Shown piece by piece: positions 58,000 through 58,500 of a stretch of DNA of 58,500 bases (positions are counted from its first letter, which is position 1; every line of letters starts with the position of its first letter). The notes beneath the pieces are model-generated. The model ran no database searches, was not told where the DNA came from, and saw only the letters and a program-made list of their open reading frames with translations. This DNA comes from Verrucomicrobiales bacterium (lineage in GTDB: Bacteria; Verrucomicrobiota; Verrucomicrobiia; Limisphaerales; F1-12-MAGs170), in the NCBI GenBank assembly GCA_005777315.1, contig SXMN01000094.1:1-58500 (forward strand). Reading direction: 5' to 3'. The position numbers were made by a program, and so were the translations under genes.

Positions 58000-58500
58000 G
58001 GTGGACAAATCCTAGCAATTTGAGCTCCCGTCAAGCACTCAATCTTCGGAATAAGTGCTTAATCATAGGCAACTTACACATTGTCAACAACATGCCTGGA
58101 ATTGAGTTATTTCGACCTGGTTTTGATCGGTTAGGAGGCCCAAAAACAACAAAATGCCAAGGACGATAATTTGAAGGAAGGGATCACCGTGACAACGACA
58201 AGAGATCAATCAAGTTCGATTGATTACTGAGGGGCTGAACCTAAAAGCTGTAAGAAGTTCCGACGTTCTTGCGTAATATTACTCAAGCGGTTGAATTACA
58301 ATGGAATACGACTGCGATGGCATTGTGCCCCCCCCCTCAAAAGCTAGAAAGCCTTTACAGTAGAGGCTCTTTCAAAACTCGGATTTGTTGAGAGATTTCA
58401 ATTGATCATGTGAAGTGGCACGAGTCGCGCTGATTTTTGGACATGCTCGACCTGACGACGATCTTCCACAATTTGCAACGCCATCTTTTCCCCATGCTCG

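Larger units (their letters stand above)
55211..58500. mobile_element. Left end of an integrative element inserted at tRNA-Pro
   Basis: Tyrosine integrase starts 105 nt after the tRNA 3' end; DNA becomes visibly more AT-rich; serine recombinase present; right end not seen in the window. Confidence 0.82.

Noticed and set aside
58050-58078. Imperfect inverted repeat TAAGTGC...GCAACTTA as a res site
   Set aside because: Position upstream of the resolvase is suggestive, but I cannot identify the multiple subsites needed to support the call.

Overview
Bacterial chromosomal window, most likely from a Verrucomicrobiota (PVC superphylum) genome. This is inferred from the DUF1549/DUF1553 + DUF1501 pairs, the prepilin/H-X9-DG proteins and DUF3500. 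Most of it is housekeeping or PVC-typical: 6S RNA-rarA-5-FTHF cyclo-ligase-rny, hflKC, two cyclophilins, NUDIX enzymes, RluA, trxA, cdsA-dxr, an ECF sigma operon, a sugar kinase-MurQ fusion and tRNA-Pro(GGG). Two accessory regions stand out. (1) About 25.8-32.1 kb: three small toxin-antitoxin modules (a dead hicBA, DUF4160/DUF2442, addiction antidote/RelE), each with its own promoter. They are separated by copies of a ~140-bp non-coding repeat that starts at a heptamer tract and ends in a TGACCCG(T/C)TCA motif. They are followed by an atypical class III nucleotide-cyclase-like gene, divergent from a Sel1 protein and a DEDDh exonuclease/J-domain fusion. This repeat-delimited cassette array with a candidate nucleotide-signalling/defence module is the best candidate for an undescribed system. 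(2) From 55.2 kb to the end: the left end of an element integrated at tRNA-Pro, encoding a tyrosine integrase, a Sel1-phosphatase fusion and a serine recombinase. All calls come from reading motifs by eye; no database search was run, and start codons are best estimates.
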